Shown here piece after piece: positions 46,266 to 56,054 of a stretch of DNA of 64,000 nucleotides (position 1 is its first letter; each line of letters begins with the position of its first letter). Origin of the DNA: Catenulispora sp. (GTDB lineage Bacteria; Actinomycetota; Actinomycetes; Streptomycetales; Catenulisporaceae). The stretch covers positions 6,037-70,036 of the forward strand of contig JABFWL010000227.1 of assembly GCA_013362315.1 (NCBI GenBank), given 5' to 3'. The notes beneath the pieces are model-generated. The model saw only the letters and a list, made by a program, of their open reading frames with translations. It was not told where the DNA came from and did not search any database. The position numbers were made by a program, and so were the translations under genes.

Positions 46266-47399
46266 ATGACCACCCCCGACCCCACGGCCGCGGTCACACC
46301 TACCAGTCCCGCTGCTCCAATCCGGCGTCGCCGATCTCGCGGCCCCCTGATGGTGGCGGGCTCAGTTGTGGCCGCGCTCGCGGCCACCGCAGCCACCCTG
46401 GTTGTGTTCGTCGACAGCACACACGAGCCCAAGCCAGCCACGGTCAGCTCCACACCCTCCGCCGCGGGTACGCCGTTCGCGTACTCGCCGGCGATGAGCG
46501 GCGCCGATCTGCTCCGGGCGATCGCCGCACAGATCGTCGACAGCCCGGCAGACCACACCACCGGCAGATACACCGCCATCGTCGCCGAGCAGTGGGCACG
46601 CGCAACCCACGAGATCCGCCCGGCCCAGATCCACAGCTGGCACAACACCGCCCGCCGCTACCCGCCGTCCGCGCACGAGACCCGGGTCAAAGGACCGGCC
46701 ATCCCGCTGAGCACGTTCCGTCTGTCACCGGACCTACGGGCCGTTTGGGCCGGCCACCAGCTGCGTACCGAAGACATCCCCGACGCGACCCCCATCGCGG
46801 AGATCGCACTATCCGGCACAGACGACCCGGCAGCCGACCTGCGCAGCCAGCTCTACTCCTGGTCCTACCCGGCCAGCGACCCGGTCCACCTCGATGAGCT
46901 TTACACACTGTTCCGCAACCAACTCGTTCCAACTCGCCTGCGAGCCGCGGTCTTGCTGCTGCTCGCCGAGCTGCCCCGGTGGACCCACCACCAGGCCACG
47001 GACTTGGCCGGCCGGACGGGCATCGCCTTCGAGATGATCTCCGACCAGGGCCAGGACCGGCAGGTGCTACTCATCGACCCGCATACCGGCCAGCTGCTCG
47101 CGTACGAACGCTGGTGGCAGACAAAGCATTGGCTCAACGAATACACGATGATCACGGCGGTGTCCCGCTGCGCCGCCGACGGATGCGCCGCCGGATCGCC
47201 CAGCACGCCACCGTCCCTCCGGTCTGCAAGACCTGCGCCGGCCAGTGCCGTCCGCCCGTCGGCGAGGACGCGAGAACCCCGCTGGACTACCGGGGTGGAC
47301 GCACGGCGACGGCAGCAGCGCAGGCGCACCGCCGGTCCCAGGCGGCCGGGGCAACCTCCATCACGAGGATCTGATCCCCGTCCAACCGCTTCGACCTGA
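46266..47399 (+). CDS. CU044_5270-like membrane-anchored protein
   Basis: TM helix; LRAA...LA.LP, DLAGRTG.A and LLIDP.TG.LL motifs. Confidence 0.65.
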   Translation: MTTPDPTAAVTPTSPAAPIRRRRSRGPLMVAGSVVAALAATAATLVVFVDSTHEPKPATVSSTPSAAGTPFAYSPAMSGADLLRAIAAQIVDSPADHTTGRYTAIVAEQWARATHEIRPAQIHSWHNTARRYPPSAHETRVKGPAIPLSTFRLSPDLRAVWAGHQLRTEDIPDATPIAEIALSGTDDPAADLRSQLYSWSYPASDPVHLDELYTLFRNQLVPTRLRAAVLLLLAELPRWTHHQATDLAGRTGIAFEMISDQGQDRQVLLIDPHTGQLLAYERWWQTKHWLNEYTMITAVSRCAADGCAAGSPSTPPSLRSARPAPASAVRPSARTREPRWTTGVDARRRQQRRRTAGPRRPGQPPSRGSDPRPTAST

Positions 47400-47567
47400 G
47401 ACCGGCGGGTGCCCCGAAACGTGCCGAGCCCCGCCATTCGCTGGTGGCCCGGCTCGGCACCCGGCGGCCGCCGCGTACGCCCGTTCCCCCCGTTACGGCG
47501 TACGCGGCGGCCGCACCGCACCACCCCGGCCCGCACCAGGTGGGCCGGCCTGATGGGGAGGAGAACC

Positions 47568-48122
47568 ATGAAGATCCGCACACGCCTTGCGGCGGCCGCA
47601 GCCGCCGCGCTGATCGCCATCCTCGGCACACCCCCGCCGCCCGCCGCCGCATCCGGCTCGTCCGGCACGACGGCGGTCAACATCGGAGGCAACTCGGCCC
47701 GGGTCGCCTGGGCAGGTTGGGCCGCGTCCGACGACCACATGTGGGTCGACGTCCACCTCAGCACCACGCTCGCCAGCGGGTACTGCGCCGACAGTTGGTT
47801 CGACTGGACCACACCGGAAGGCAGCTCGCACTTCGACGGCCGCGGCTCCCGGACCTGCCGCTCGAACACCACGATCTACGGCCCGGTCCTCTACGAGAGC
47901 TACAACATGGCCAGCATGCAGAAGGACGGCGGCATGTACGGCCCGGACAACAACACGAAGTCCTACCAGTACACCGATGCTCCGGGCTCGGACATCTCCG
48001 TGAACACGATCAACCCGAACTTCAACACGAGCACGAACTGCTCCATCCGCTGGTGGAAGATCAACTCGGCTGGGCAGTGGTCCGAGTTCTCCGGCGGCAG
48101 CCCCACGAGCGCCACATGCTGA
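47568..48122 (+). CDS. Secreted protein (Ser/Thr/Trp-rich, Cys pairs)
   Basis: GGAGGAG RBS; signal peptide. Confidence 0.75.
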   Translation: MKIRTRLAAAAAAALIAILGTPPPPAAASGSSGTTAVNIGGNSARVAWAGWAASDDHMWVDVHLSTTLASGYCADSWFDWTTPEGSSHFDGRGSRTCRSNTTIYGPVLYESYNMASMQKDGGMYGPDNNTKSYQYTDAPGSDISVNTINPNFNTSTNCSIRWWKINSAGQWSEFSGGSPTSATC

Positions 48123-48163
48123 CCGCCCGCATCCGAGACTCGTTGACCAGCCAGGAGGTTCCC

Positions 48164-49093
48164 TTGACCACGAAGATCCGCCGCCGCACGATCGGCCTCA
48201 CTCTCGCGGCCGCCGCCAGCGCCATGCTCGCCCTGACCATCGGCAACACCACCGCCAGCCCGAAGCTCGACCCCGCCAGCGCGACGGCAGCCGACGACCG
48301 GCTCCAGCAGCTGTCAGAAAGGATCGGCGGCACCGTACGCCAGCGGCGCGCCGGCGAAATCCTCCAGTACCACCAAACCCAGGACCACATCAAGGCATGT
48401 ATGAGCACCGCTGGGTGGGACTACACGCCACCCGTGTTCGTCGACATGTACGCCGGCAAGCAGCGGCTCATCATGGGCACAGGCGCCGGCCGGTGGATGG
48501 CGCCGCTGACGCCGAACGGTCTCGGCATCGCCGAGCAGCACCGGCGACTGGCCGCGTTCGACCAAGACAACACACCGAACCCCGGGTACGCCAAGCTCTC
48601 CCCCGCCGATCAAGACCGGTACGCCGCGGCGCTGACAGGCTGCGCACCCCGGGTCCAGCGCGACGTCAACTTCCCCACCAAGTCACACGAGCTCAACGTA
48701 TTGTTTCTCCGGATGATCGACAACGCCGAGAAGGACCCGCACGTCGCCGATCTCGGCAAGACCTACGGGCCATGCATGGCCGCGGCCGGTACACCCGCGT
48801 GGGACTACGAGGATCTGATCGCCAAGACGCAGCAGGAGATCGGCCAGGCCGCGCCCGGCAACGCCAATCCGTCCGGCCCAGCCTGGGAGAAGGCAGTCGC
48901 TCACGAGCGAACGGCGGCGGCCGCCGACGCCCGCTGCCGGGCAACAATCCGCGACGCCGCGCTGACTCTCGTCGGCCCGGCCGCCGACAAGTTCACCTCG
49001 ACGTACGCGGCCGACATCGAGCAGGCCCAGCAGGACTGGGAAGCGCTCATCGCCGAGGCGATGAAGTACCCCGAGGGCAGGATGTACCTGTAG
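48164..49093 (+). CDS. Secreted/membrane-anchored protein with repeated CM..G motifs
   Basis: AGGAGG RBS, TTG start; ACMSTAG, PCMAAAG and ADARC. Confidence 0.75.
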   Translation: MTTKIRRRTIGLTLAAAASAMLALTIGNTTASPKLDPASATAADDRLQQLSERIGGTVRQRRAGEILQYHQTQDHIKACMSTAGWDYTPPVFVDMYAGKQRLIMGTGAGRWMAPLTPNGLGIAEQHRRLAAFDQDNTPNPGYAKLSPADQDRYAAALTGCAPRVQRDVNFPTKSHELNVLFLRMIDNAEKDPHVADLGKTYGPCMAAAGTPAWDYEDLIAKTQQEIGQAAPGNANPSGPAWEKAVAHERTAAAADARCRATIRDAALTLVGPAADKFTSTYAADIEQAQQDWEALIAEAMKYPEGRMYL

Positions 49094-49112
49094 CTCGGCC
49101 GGTGTGGAGAGC

Positions 49113-49144
49113 GAAGGGCGGGGACCACGCGGTCCCCGCCCTTC
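49113..49144 (+). terminator. Terminator hairpin
   Basis: GAAGGGCGGGGACC-acgc-GGTCCCCGCCCTTC. Confidence 0.65.
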
Positions 49145-49198
49145 CGCCTTCCCGCGCGTTCGGCGGGCCGTGCGGCGAAGGCTTCGTACGCTCCTCGC

Positions 49199-49903
49199 GT
49201 GGCTTATCCCTTCATCACCGCGGCGGCCGACACTGCCGCCAACGGCGCCGACTGGACCAGCGCCGGCGCGTCCGTGGTCGGCGTGATCGTCGCCGTCCTG
49301 CTGCTCGTGGTCACCTGGCGGCAGGTCACGCTGTTCAGGCAGCAGAACGCCTTGGCCGAGCAGCAGATCGACATTGCGGGGCGACAGGCCACCATGGACG
49401 AGCGCCTGGCCGTCATCGAGGAGACCCGGCTGCACGACGCTTTGCGGCCTCAGCTTCAGATCACCGTGACCGAGCAGCAGGGCGACCGGGCGCGCCTGCA
49501 CATCAAGCTCGTCGGCCCGCCGGCGCTCGACGGCCTGGACGCCATCACCGTGTCGGTCGGCAACGACGACGCCGACCACGAGGGAGCCGGGGGCCAGTCC
49601 GCGCCAGGCATCAACGGCCCCACCGAGCAGGAGATCCGCGATCAGGTCTGGGGACCGTACCGCTTCGGCGACAGTGCGGACGGCGTCGACGCGCATGGCC
49701 GCACTGTCGCGCCCTTCCGGCTCGCACTCGGGTACGGCCGGCCGCTCGGCCTGCGCCGCACCTTGGCCCCGAGATGGGCGAACCACGAGAGCTGGTTCAG
49801 CGAGTACGACGGCCAGCCGGTGCGGCTGCTGATTCTGTGCGAGCTGGACGGCTACAAGCCGTGGCGGGTCGTCTGGGAAGGCGTACCAACGCCGGCGCAG
49901 TAG
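49199..49903 (+). CDS. Hypothetical single-TM protein
   Basis: N-terminal TM helix and coiled coil. Confidence 0.65.
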   Translation: MAYPFITAAADTAANGADWTSAGASVVGVIVAVLLLVVTWRQVTLFRQQNALAEQQIDIAGRQATMDERLAVIEETRLHDALRPQLQITVTEQQGDRARLHIKLVGPPALDGLDAITVSVGNDDADHEGAGGQSAPGINGPTEQEIRDQVWGPYRFGDSADGVDAHGRTVAPFRLALGYGRPLGLRRTLAPRWANHESWFSEYDGQPVRLLILCELDGYKPWRVVWEGVPTPAQ

Positions 49904-49912
49904 CGGAATCGG

Positions 49913-50350
49913 TCAGCGGCGCACGCGGGGCCTGGGCGCGGTAACGCGCTTGTGGACCTGGCTGGTCGGCGGGTTGCGGCTGATCAGGGTGGTCTCGCCG
50001 ACGTGGATCCAGTCGCGCTGGTAGTCCGAACCGCCGTGGTTCTCCCCGCCGCACTGGCACACGCAGTCGTCGCCCCTGGCGTCGACGCAGCGGGTGTCGC
50101 ACTTCTGCTGCTCCAGATAGTCCAGGTAGACGTCCACGGCGCCGAACCGCTCAGCGAGGCCGGTCACGACCGTTCGCAGGTGCGGGCGGGCTACCGTCCA
50201 GCGCCCGCTGGCGTACTCGGCTTGGATGCGCGAGCCCAGATGGTCCCGCAACCAGGCGCGGTTGGCGCCCGGGTGGGCCGGATCGTAAGGCATCCTGATC
50301 ACGATCCGGCCCCTCACGGGACGGTGTACGGAGGGCAGAGGGGTCGACAC
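49913..50350 (-). CDS. Hypothetical protein with a Cys-rich motif (CDTRC..A.G..C.C.CGG.NHG)
   Basis: GAAAGG RBS; metal-binding-like motif. Confidence 0.7.
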   Translation of the reverse strand: MSTPLPSVHRPVRGRIVIRMPYDPAHPGANRAWLRDHLGSRIQAEYASGRWTVARPHLRTVVTGLAERFGAVDVYLDYLEQQKCDTRCVDARGDDCVCQCGGENHGGSDYQRDWIHVGETTLISRNPPTSQVHKRVTAPRPRVRR

Positions 50351-50377
50351 GAGCTGGCCTTTCTACTGGCTTGAGGT

Positions 50378-51598
50378 TCAGGCGGCCCGGCGCAGAGGGG
50401 CGGCGGCGGTCCGTGCGGTCTGCTGAGCGCCCAGCCGCAGCAGCTTGCGGCGCACGCGCTCGCCGTAGCCGGCCGGCGCACCGGCGTTCACCTCGGCCTC
50501 GGCCCAGGTGATGCCGCCGCCGTACGCGTACGCGATCGCCACGGCGCGCTCCATAGGGTGCAGCTGCGCGAGCACCCGGCCGATGCGCGGGTCCTCGAAC
50601 TCGCCGTCCAGGTCGGGCAGCGCGTCCGGGCGCGGCCGCCGGCACCGCCGCATGTCGCCGAGGGTGGACAGACCGGGTTCGGGCCGGGGCGCGGGCTCGT
50701 CGAGCGAGGCGACGCAGCGGCCGAAGAGCTGCGTGGTGCCGATTAGCCGCAGCGCGCGGCGCTGGCGCTTAGTCTCACGGCGCAGGTCGCCGATGAGGTC
50801 TCCGGTCCGCTCGGTGCGGAAGTCGCCGCCAGCGTCGCCGGGTTCGAGGGGCAGGTGCAGGAGCGCGTGCCCGACCGCTTCGGTCCCGGCCGGGTTCTGG
50901 ATGCCCAGATAGGTAGCGGCGAAGCGGCCGACCTGCTCACGGCTGATGCTCGGGTCGTCGCGGACGATCGAGTCGCGGACGCCGATCGCGTCGGTGACCG
51001 CCTGCAGGGCCGCGTCGTGCACCGCCGTGACCACCTCGCCCGTCACGGTCGGCGAGTACGTGTGCAGGCATCGGACGGACGGCGCGGCCGCCGCGACCAC
51101 AAGCAGCTCGAAGAAGTGGAGGAAGTCCTGCGGCGAGTACTCGGCAGCGGGCGGCACATCACGCCGGCGGCCCTTGCGCGCGCGGGGCGGTTCCGGCCAC
51201 GGGTAACCGGGCCACTGCTGCGAGTCGCATGACGGCCGCTCAGCGGGCGCCGTCCGGTCCGTCCTCAGCTGGAGCGCGACGTCGAACAGCAGGTCCACAT
51301 GGGCCGCGTCCAGCGCCTGCCACGGGTAGACCCGCCCGCCCGGCCGGTGCACCAGCTGGTTGCGCAGCCGCTGGAGGAAGGTCTCGTGCGTGCGGCGGAC
51401 TATCGCGGCGGACTGCTCCCGGTTGCGCGGTGCCCACCGCCCGGCGATCGCGTCCTTCAACTGGTAGACCACGGTGACGCCGTCGTGGCTCAGTACCAGG
51501 TCGATCGGTCCGATCTTGCCGGTTCCGCTGCCGGCGAACCGGCAGCCGCACGTCTCCCGCGCCGGGCCGCCGTCGCCGTTGCTCATGTGCGTACTCAC
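50378..51598 (-). CDS. Hypothetical protein with C-terminal sigma-region-4-like HTH
   Basis: LAQLHPMERAVA...TWAEA...GERVRRKL. Confidence 0.6.
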   Translation of the reverse strand: MSTHMSNGDGGPARETCGCRFAGSGTGKIGPIDLVLSHDGVTVVYQLKDAIAGRWAPRNREQSAAIVRRTHETFLQRLRNQLVHRPGGRVYPWQALDAAHVDLLFDVALQLRTDRTAPAERPSCDSQQWPGYPWPEPPRARKGRRRDVPPAAEYSPQDFLHFFELLVVAAAAPSVRCLHTYSPTVTGEVVTAVHDAALQAVTDAIGVRDSIVRDDPSISREQVGRFAATYLGIQNPAGTEAVGHALLHLPLEPGDAGGDFRTERTGDLIGDLRRETKRQRRALRLIGTTQLFGRCVASLDEPAPRPEPGLSTLGDMRRCRRPRPDALPDLDGEFEDPRIGRVLAQLHPMERAVAIAYAYGGGITWAEAEVNAGAPAGYGERVRRKLLRLGAQQTARTAAAPLRRAA

Positions 51599-51726
51599 TT
51601 ACCCCCCTTGGGTGGAAGCCACCTGGCTCTCACCCTTCTAGGGTCGGAGAGGGGCGTACCGGCAAAAAATCTTGGAAGAGTTTCGGCGGCGGATCGCGTC
51701 CATTCTCCTCCATCGCGGACGTACCG

Positions 51727-51760
51727 CTTGATAATTTACAAGTCGAGCATGTAAACTAGC
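51727..51760 (+). promoter_or_regulatory. Promoter/operator A (TTGATA-18-TAAACT; TTTACA-n9-TGTAAA)
   Basis: 29/34 identical to the reverse complement of 54397-54430. Confidence 0.75.
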
Positions 51761-51796
51761 GGTAGTCCTGAATCCACGCCCCGACTGGAGACCCTG

Positions 51797-52840
51797 ATGG
51801 CCTTGCCCTTCCGCCAGACAACCGAGCTGGCGATCCCCGACGAACTCTTCAGCGAGCACGGCTTGGCCGTGCTCACCGTCCACGGCGGCCGGGCAGGCGG
51901 CCACTGGCATATCCGGATCACCGATCCCTCCGGCGTGACGGGCGGGATCGTCACGACCTACTCGGACCCGCAGGCGGCCAGCGACGACCCGACCTACCCG
52001 GACCTCGCGGTCGAGGCCGCGTACTTCTGGATCAGGGACGCGGTCGCCGACCGCGGACTGCGCCTGCTCCAGCTCGAATCCCTCAACGACAGGTACGACG
52101 CCGACCAGCGGCCGTACTTCTGCCTCGCGCAGGCGGTCATCGCCAACGCCGCCTTCGTCCCCGAGCCAGGCGTGATCTACGCCGACCAAATCTGGGAAGT
52201 GCCGGCACCTCTGCGGCGCAAGAGCCCGGCCACGCTCGCGGCCGAGCGCGCCGCCCGCACCGCCCAGCGCGAACGCGACGATCAGATCCTGGCCGCTGCG
52301 CCGCTGCTCGACCCGGCCGACCAGAGCCTTGAGGCCCGGCACCTGCGTGCGGTCGCCGCGTCGATCCGCGACCACCGGGAAAGCGAGCTGCGCCGCATCG
52401 AGTTCGCCATCGAGGACGCCGAGCCCGCCACCGCCCACCTGATCCGCCAGGAACTCCGCTGGCCGTTCACCGGCAACGGCCAGACGGCGCACCGGCGGCT
52501 GCGGCTGTGGCGGCTGGAGGACGGCCGACTCGCCGCCATGATCACCGAGACGCCGGAGGACACCGGCCCGTCTATCAGCAACGTCATGGAGGACGTCGCC
52601 CGCAAGCTCGTCGATGAGCACCCGGCCGAGGACCTGCTGATCATCGAGCACCGGACCACCAACGTCCTGGGCGGCGAGACGTTCGAGATGGTGACCACGC
52701 TGGACCTGGAGCGAGGCATCGTGCGGTGGGAAGAGATGGAGCCCGACCAGGTAATCGCCACCTTCGGTGATCTCTACGACAAGCGGCCCAAGCCTCGCCA
52801 CGTGCCGGACCCGTACGACCCCGCCGACGACGAGGAGTAG
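51797..52840 (+). CDS. Hypothetical protein
   Basis: GGAG RBS, strong codon bias. Confidence 0.75.
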   Translation: MALPFRQTTELAIPDELFSEHGLAVLTVHGGRAGGHWHIRITDPSGVTGGIVTTYSDPQAASDDPTYPDLAVEAAYFWIRDAVADRGLRLLQLESLNDRYDADQRPYFCLAQAVIANAAFVPEPGVIYADQIWEVPAPLRRKSPATLAAERAARTAQRERDDQILAAAPLLDPADQSLEARHLRAVAASIRDHRESELRRIEFAIEDAEPATAHLIRQELRWPFTGNGQTAHRRLRLWRLEDGRLAAMITETPEDTGPSISNVMEDVARKLVDEHPAEDLLIIEHRTTNVLGGETFEMVTTLDLERGIVRWEEMEPDQVIATFGDLYDKRPKPRHVPDPYDPADDEE

Positions 52841-52843
52841 ACC

Positions 52844-53125
52844 GTGACCTCGTCCCTGCCCGGCGTGTTCGACCGGCACGAATCCACCTTCTCCGAGTGG
52901 CTGAGGCTGGCCATCAGTGCCCGAGCGCTCGAAGACCAGGCCGTGCCGTGGCCGGCCCGGTCTCCCAGCGAGGCCCTGGCCGTCGCGCTGATCCTGCGCC
53001 GCATCGACGTGCTGGCCGACCTGGACTGCACCGAGAACGAGGCGATGGAGCGGCTGGCCCGCGACATTGGCGCGACCACGGACGAGGTGCGAGCGTTCTT
53101 CATCGGCCTGCGTGAGCTGGTCTGA
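52844..53125 (+). CDS. Small hypothetical protein
   Basis: GAGGAG RBS within the upstream gene end. Confidence 0.65.
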   Translation: MTSSLPGVFDRHESTFSEWLRLAISARALEDQAVPWPARSPSEALAVALILRRIDVLADLDCTENEAMERLARDIGATTDEVRAFFIGLRELV

Positions 53126-53149
53126 CCCCGAGCAGAACGGACCTACCGC

Positions 53150-53704
53150 ATGAGCGTCACCGAGCAAGCCGGTACGCCGGCCGTGCCCGCATCGCTGACC
53201 GTCCTCATCGGCCCGGCCGGGGTCGGCAAGAGCACCTGGTGCGCGGCCAGCGGCCTACCCGCTACCGCGATCGTGTGTCTGGACCAGCACCGCGCCGACG
53301 TCGCCGACGACGAGTGCGACCAGGACGCGACGGCCGACGCAGTCGCCCTGATGAACTTGCGGCTCGCCGCCCGGCTGCGCCGCGGCCTGCCGACCGTCGT
53401 CGACGCCACGAACACGGAGATCCGGGTACGCCGGGAACTGCTCGACCTCGCCGACGAGCATGGAGCCGCCGTCCGCGCCGTGGTGTTCGACGCGCCGCTG
53501 TCCCTCGTGCTCGACCGCAACGCCCGCCGCCGCGGCCCTCTGCCCGGCCGCCGGTGGGGCCGCGCCGTCCCGCCCGCAGTGGTCGAGGTCCATCACGCCG
53601 AGACCGCGAAGCTTGCCGCCGATCCGCAGATCCTGCTCGACGAGGGCTTCGCCGCAGTCGACGTCGTCACCACCAGCGGGGAATCCGTCCAGCCGGAGCG
53701 CTGA
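53150..53704 (+). CDS. AAA_33 polynucleotide-kinase-like P-loop kinase (stand-alone)
   Basis: GPAGVGKST, LD..R, VVDATN and RN.RR...R.VP motifs. Confidence 0.85.
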   Translation: MSVTEQAGTPAVPASLTVLIGPAGVGKSTWCAASGLPATAIVCLDQHRADVADDECDQDATADAVALMNLRLAARLRRGLPTVVDATNTEIRVRRELLDLADEHGAAVRAVVFDAPLSLVLDRNARRRGPLPGRRWGRAVPPAVVEVHHAETAKLAADPQILLDEGFAAVDVVTTSGESVQPER

Positions 53705-54079
53705 CGAGCACCGCGCCCGGCGACGTGATGGACTTGGCCAGCGCGCGATGCTGGCCCGAGCCGTACGCCGCCGTCCCGTCGGTCATCCTGACCGCCGCCC
53801 CGGACATCTACATACGAGCCGGATGGACGCAGGTCGGCCGATCCGAGCCCACCGGGGAGAACCCGCGCCCGGCGATGGACATCATGCACCTGCCGTTGCA
53901 GCGGCGGTCGGCGTGATCGGGGCCGAGCTCGTCGGGTGCCCTGTGATCGTGCTCAGGCTGTTGATGGCGGCGAGGAGCGCGGCCCGATTGTCGGCCGTGT
54001 CCGCAAGCGCGGCCTCGTCGACAACATACAGATAGTCGGACTGGTCGGCGGTCGGTTCGGAGTTGGCAGTCATCAGGAT

Positions 54080-54352
54080 CTACTCCACCATGTCCCGGCC
54101 GAGCTGGGTAGGGGTGTGTCGACGCGGCCCGCGGGGCTGATTCGGCCCGCCCTGCCCGGGACGACTCTCCTGCCACTCGCGGATGTGGTCGGGACGCCAG
54201 CGCGGCGTACGCCCGACCTTCAACGCTGGATCGGCCGCCGGCGCCTGTTTGCGGGACACGTAGCTGTGCCACGTAACCCGGCTGATCGGCTTGCCCTTCT
54301 CGGCGAGGTACGCCAGCACCTCGTCAGCCGTCCAGGCTTCCTGCTCGGCCAT
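54080..54352 (-). CDS. Small AlpA/Xis-like winged-HTH protein
   Basis: WTADEV...TWHSYVSRKQAPA...GRTPRW..I.EW..RPG; GAGGGAGG RBS. Confidence 0.75.
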   Translation of the reverse strand: MAEQEAWTADEVLAYLAEKGKPISRVTWHSYVSRKQAPAADPALKVGRTPRWRPDHIREWQESRPGQGGPNQPRGPRRHTPTQLGRDMVE

Positions 54353-54396
54353 GCCGACCCTCCCTCGTCGCCGCGGTCTGTGCGCGGAAGTCAGGA

Positions 54397-54430
54397 GCTA
54401 GTTTACAGGCTGGAATTGTAAACTAGCAAG
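54397..54430 (-). promoter_or_regulatory. Promoter/operator B (GCTAGTTTACA-n9-TGTAAACTAGC, 11-bp perfect inverted repeat)
   Basis: Upstream of the wHTH gene; inverted near-copy of 51727-51760. Confidence 0.8.
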
Positions 54431-54474
54431 GAGCGAGGCTGATTGAACCCGACTGCCGCAACATCCGCTCAGTC

Positions 54475-54753
54475 TCAGCCCACAGACCGCCGAACGGCGG
54501 GATCGAACACCAACGGCGGACGCCGACCAGGAACGTCGACAAGGAACTCCAAGACACCGCGCTTGGTCAAGTACGCCTCCGCGTCGGCCAGCCGATCGAA
54601 CTCGGCGTCGACGTAGCCGTGATGCCGGATTCGCAGCAACGTACGCGGCCGTGCCGAAAGCCGGGCGAGCGTGACCTGCTCGACCGTCCAGGCATGGCAG
54701 CACGTGCACTCCAACACCGCCACATCTTGCACCGTGTTTACGCAGGTCAGCAA
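54475..54753 (-). CDS. Small hypothetical protein
   Basis: Protein-like ORF; start uncertain. Confidence 0.45.
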   Translation of the reverse strand: MLTCVNTVQDVAVLECTCCHAWTVEQVTLARLSARPRTLLRIRHHGYVDAEFDRLADAEAYLTKRGVLEFLVDVPGRRPPLVFDPAVRRSVG

Positions 54754-54802
54754 GGTCTCGGTCGACGAGGGTGCGTTGCGGCGAGCGGGACGGAAGTAAG
54801 GT

Positions 54803-55447
54803 GTGTCGATGGATGATCACCATCCGGCGTGGACGCTGCTCGGTGGACTAATGCACCACACCGACCCGGAGCGCGGCGGCTACACCATTTGCGGCCGCTT
54901 CGTCGGCCATAGCGCCACCCTGCACAACAACTGGCCGCCCGAATATGGCGCGTTCGACGCGTGCCAGGACTGCACGGGTACGCTCCCGCAACCGTCGCCT
55001 GCGCCGCCGCCTGCCCGGCCCAGCAAGAGGGAGATCGCCCGAGCCCGCCGCCGCGCCGGCCGAGCATGGATCGGCCCGGAAATCCCGCCACCACTCCGGC
55101 CCGCTCCACCGCCGGAGAGCTGGAGCGCGATCGCTGGGACATGGGCAGCCCCGGCCGGATGGGTGCGCCTGGCCGGTCCGCCTGTGCTGCACCACCCCCA
55201 CCCCGAGCAGCCAGGACAGGTCATGTGTGGCAGGGCGCTGTCGGGCAACGAGCCGATCTACCGGCACCGGCCCTCCCGCCTGGGCCGGTGCCGCGACTGC
55301 GTACGCGCGAAGCACCAGGCGCTGCTCCTGCTTCACGACGTTGAGCGTGCAGCCCACACCGAACCACCCCGACAGCGGCATGCCCAGCCGCCGCGGGCGC
55401 AGATCGTCCGTGGCGGCTTGCCCACGCTGGGCAAGCGCCGCCGCTGA
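54803..55447 (+). CDS. Protein with two H..CG...CxxC zinc-finger repeats
   Basis: Duplicated LH/MH..CGR...C.DC unit. Confidence 0.6.
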   Translation: MSMDDHHPAWTLLGGLMHHTDPERGGYTICGRFVGHSATLHNNWPPEYGAFDACQDCTGTLPQPSPAPPPARPSKREIARARRRAGRAWIGPEIPPPLRPAPPPESWSAIAGTWAAPAGWVRLAGPPVLHHPHPEQPGQVMCGRALSGNEPIYRHRPSRLGRCRDCVRAKHQALLLLHDVERAAHTEPPRQRHAQPPRAQIVRGGLPTLGKRRR

Positions 55448-55754
55448 CCACGCCCTTACCCTTCGACTCCTGACCGTGCCGAGCAGAAGCCGATCGGCGG
55501 ATGCTCGCGTATTCGATCGCGGCATGAGCCTGCTCGTTGGGCCGTGTGTGATATTCGCCGGTCGGGTCGGGCCGGGGCGCATGCAGGCTTAACGCCCCCA
55601 GAGATGCTGGACGCTAGGCGGCCCCGCACTGCACGGGGGAACACTGCGGGACCGCTGCCGACACCGTACGCTCCGTGCGCCAGTCGGGCTGCCCCGCCGA
55701 AACCAGCGGGCGAACAACCCGCCATGATCAATAATACTGGAGTACCCTGCCAGT

Positions 55755-56054
55755 ATGAGTGAAGAGCAGGGCGAGGAGTTCTGGCGTACCTCGATCACGA
55801 TGCCGACCAGCCTCGCGGATTACGCCAAGAGCAAGGCCGATGGCGGGAAGTACCCGAGCTTTTCGGCGTACCTGGCCAGCCTGGTCGAGCGCGACCGTAG
55901 GCGCGACGTCGCCCATCAGCGGCTTGCCGAGTTCGGCTACACGGGCGCGATGGCGCCGACCGAGGCCGGACGGGCGCGGGCTCGCGCGGCGCTGGAGGCG
56001 CACAAGGATCGCCGACGTCGCGCAGCCGGAGGCACTGGACAGCAGGCCGCGTGA
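55755..56054 (+). CDS. RHH-like antitoxin
   Basis: RTSITMP..L...SFSAYL..LVER. Confidence 0.7.
   Translation: MSEEQGEEFWRTSITMPTSLADYAKSKADGGKYPSFSAYLASLVERDRRRDVAHQRLAEFGYTGAMAPTEAGRARARAALEAHKDRRRRAAGGTGQQAA

Noticed and set aside
53701-54073. Two tiny convergent ORFs (about 53727..53916 on + and 53882..54073 on -)
   Set aside because: Short and overlapping with no recognisable motif; they may be real or fragments but cannot be supported.
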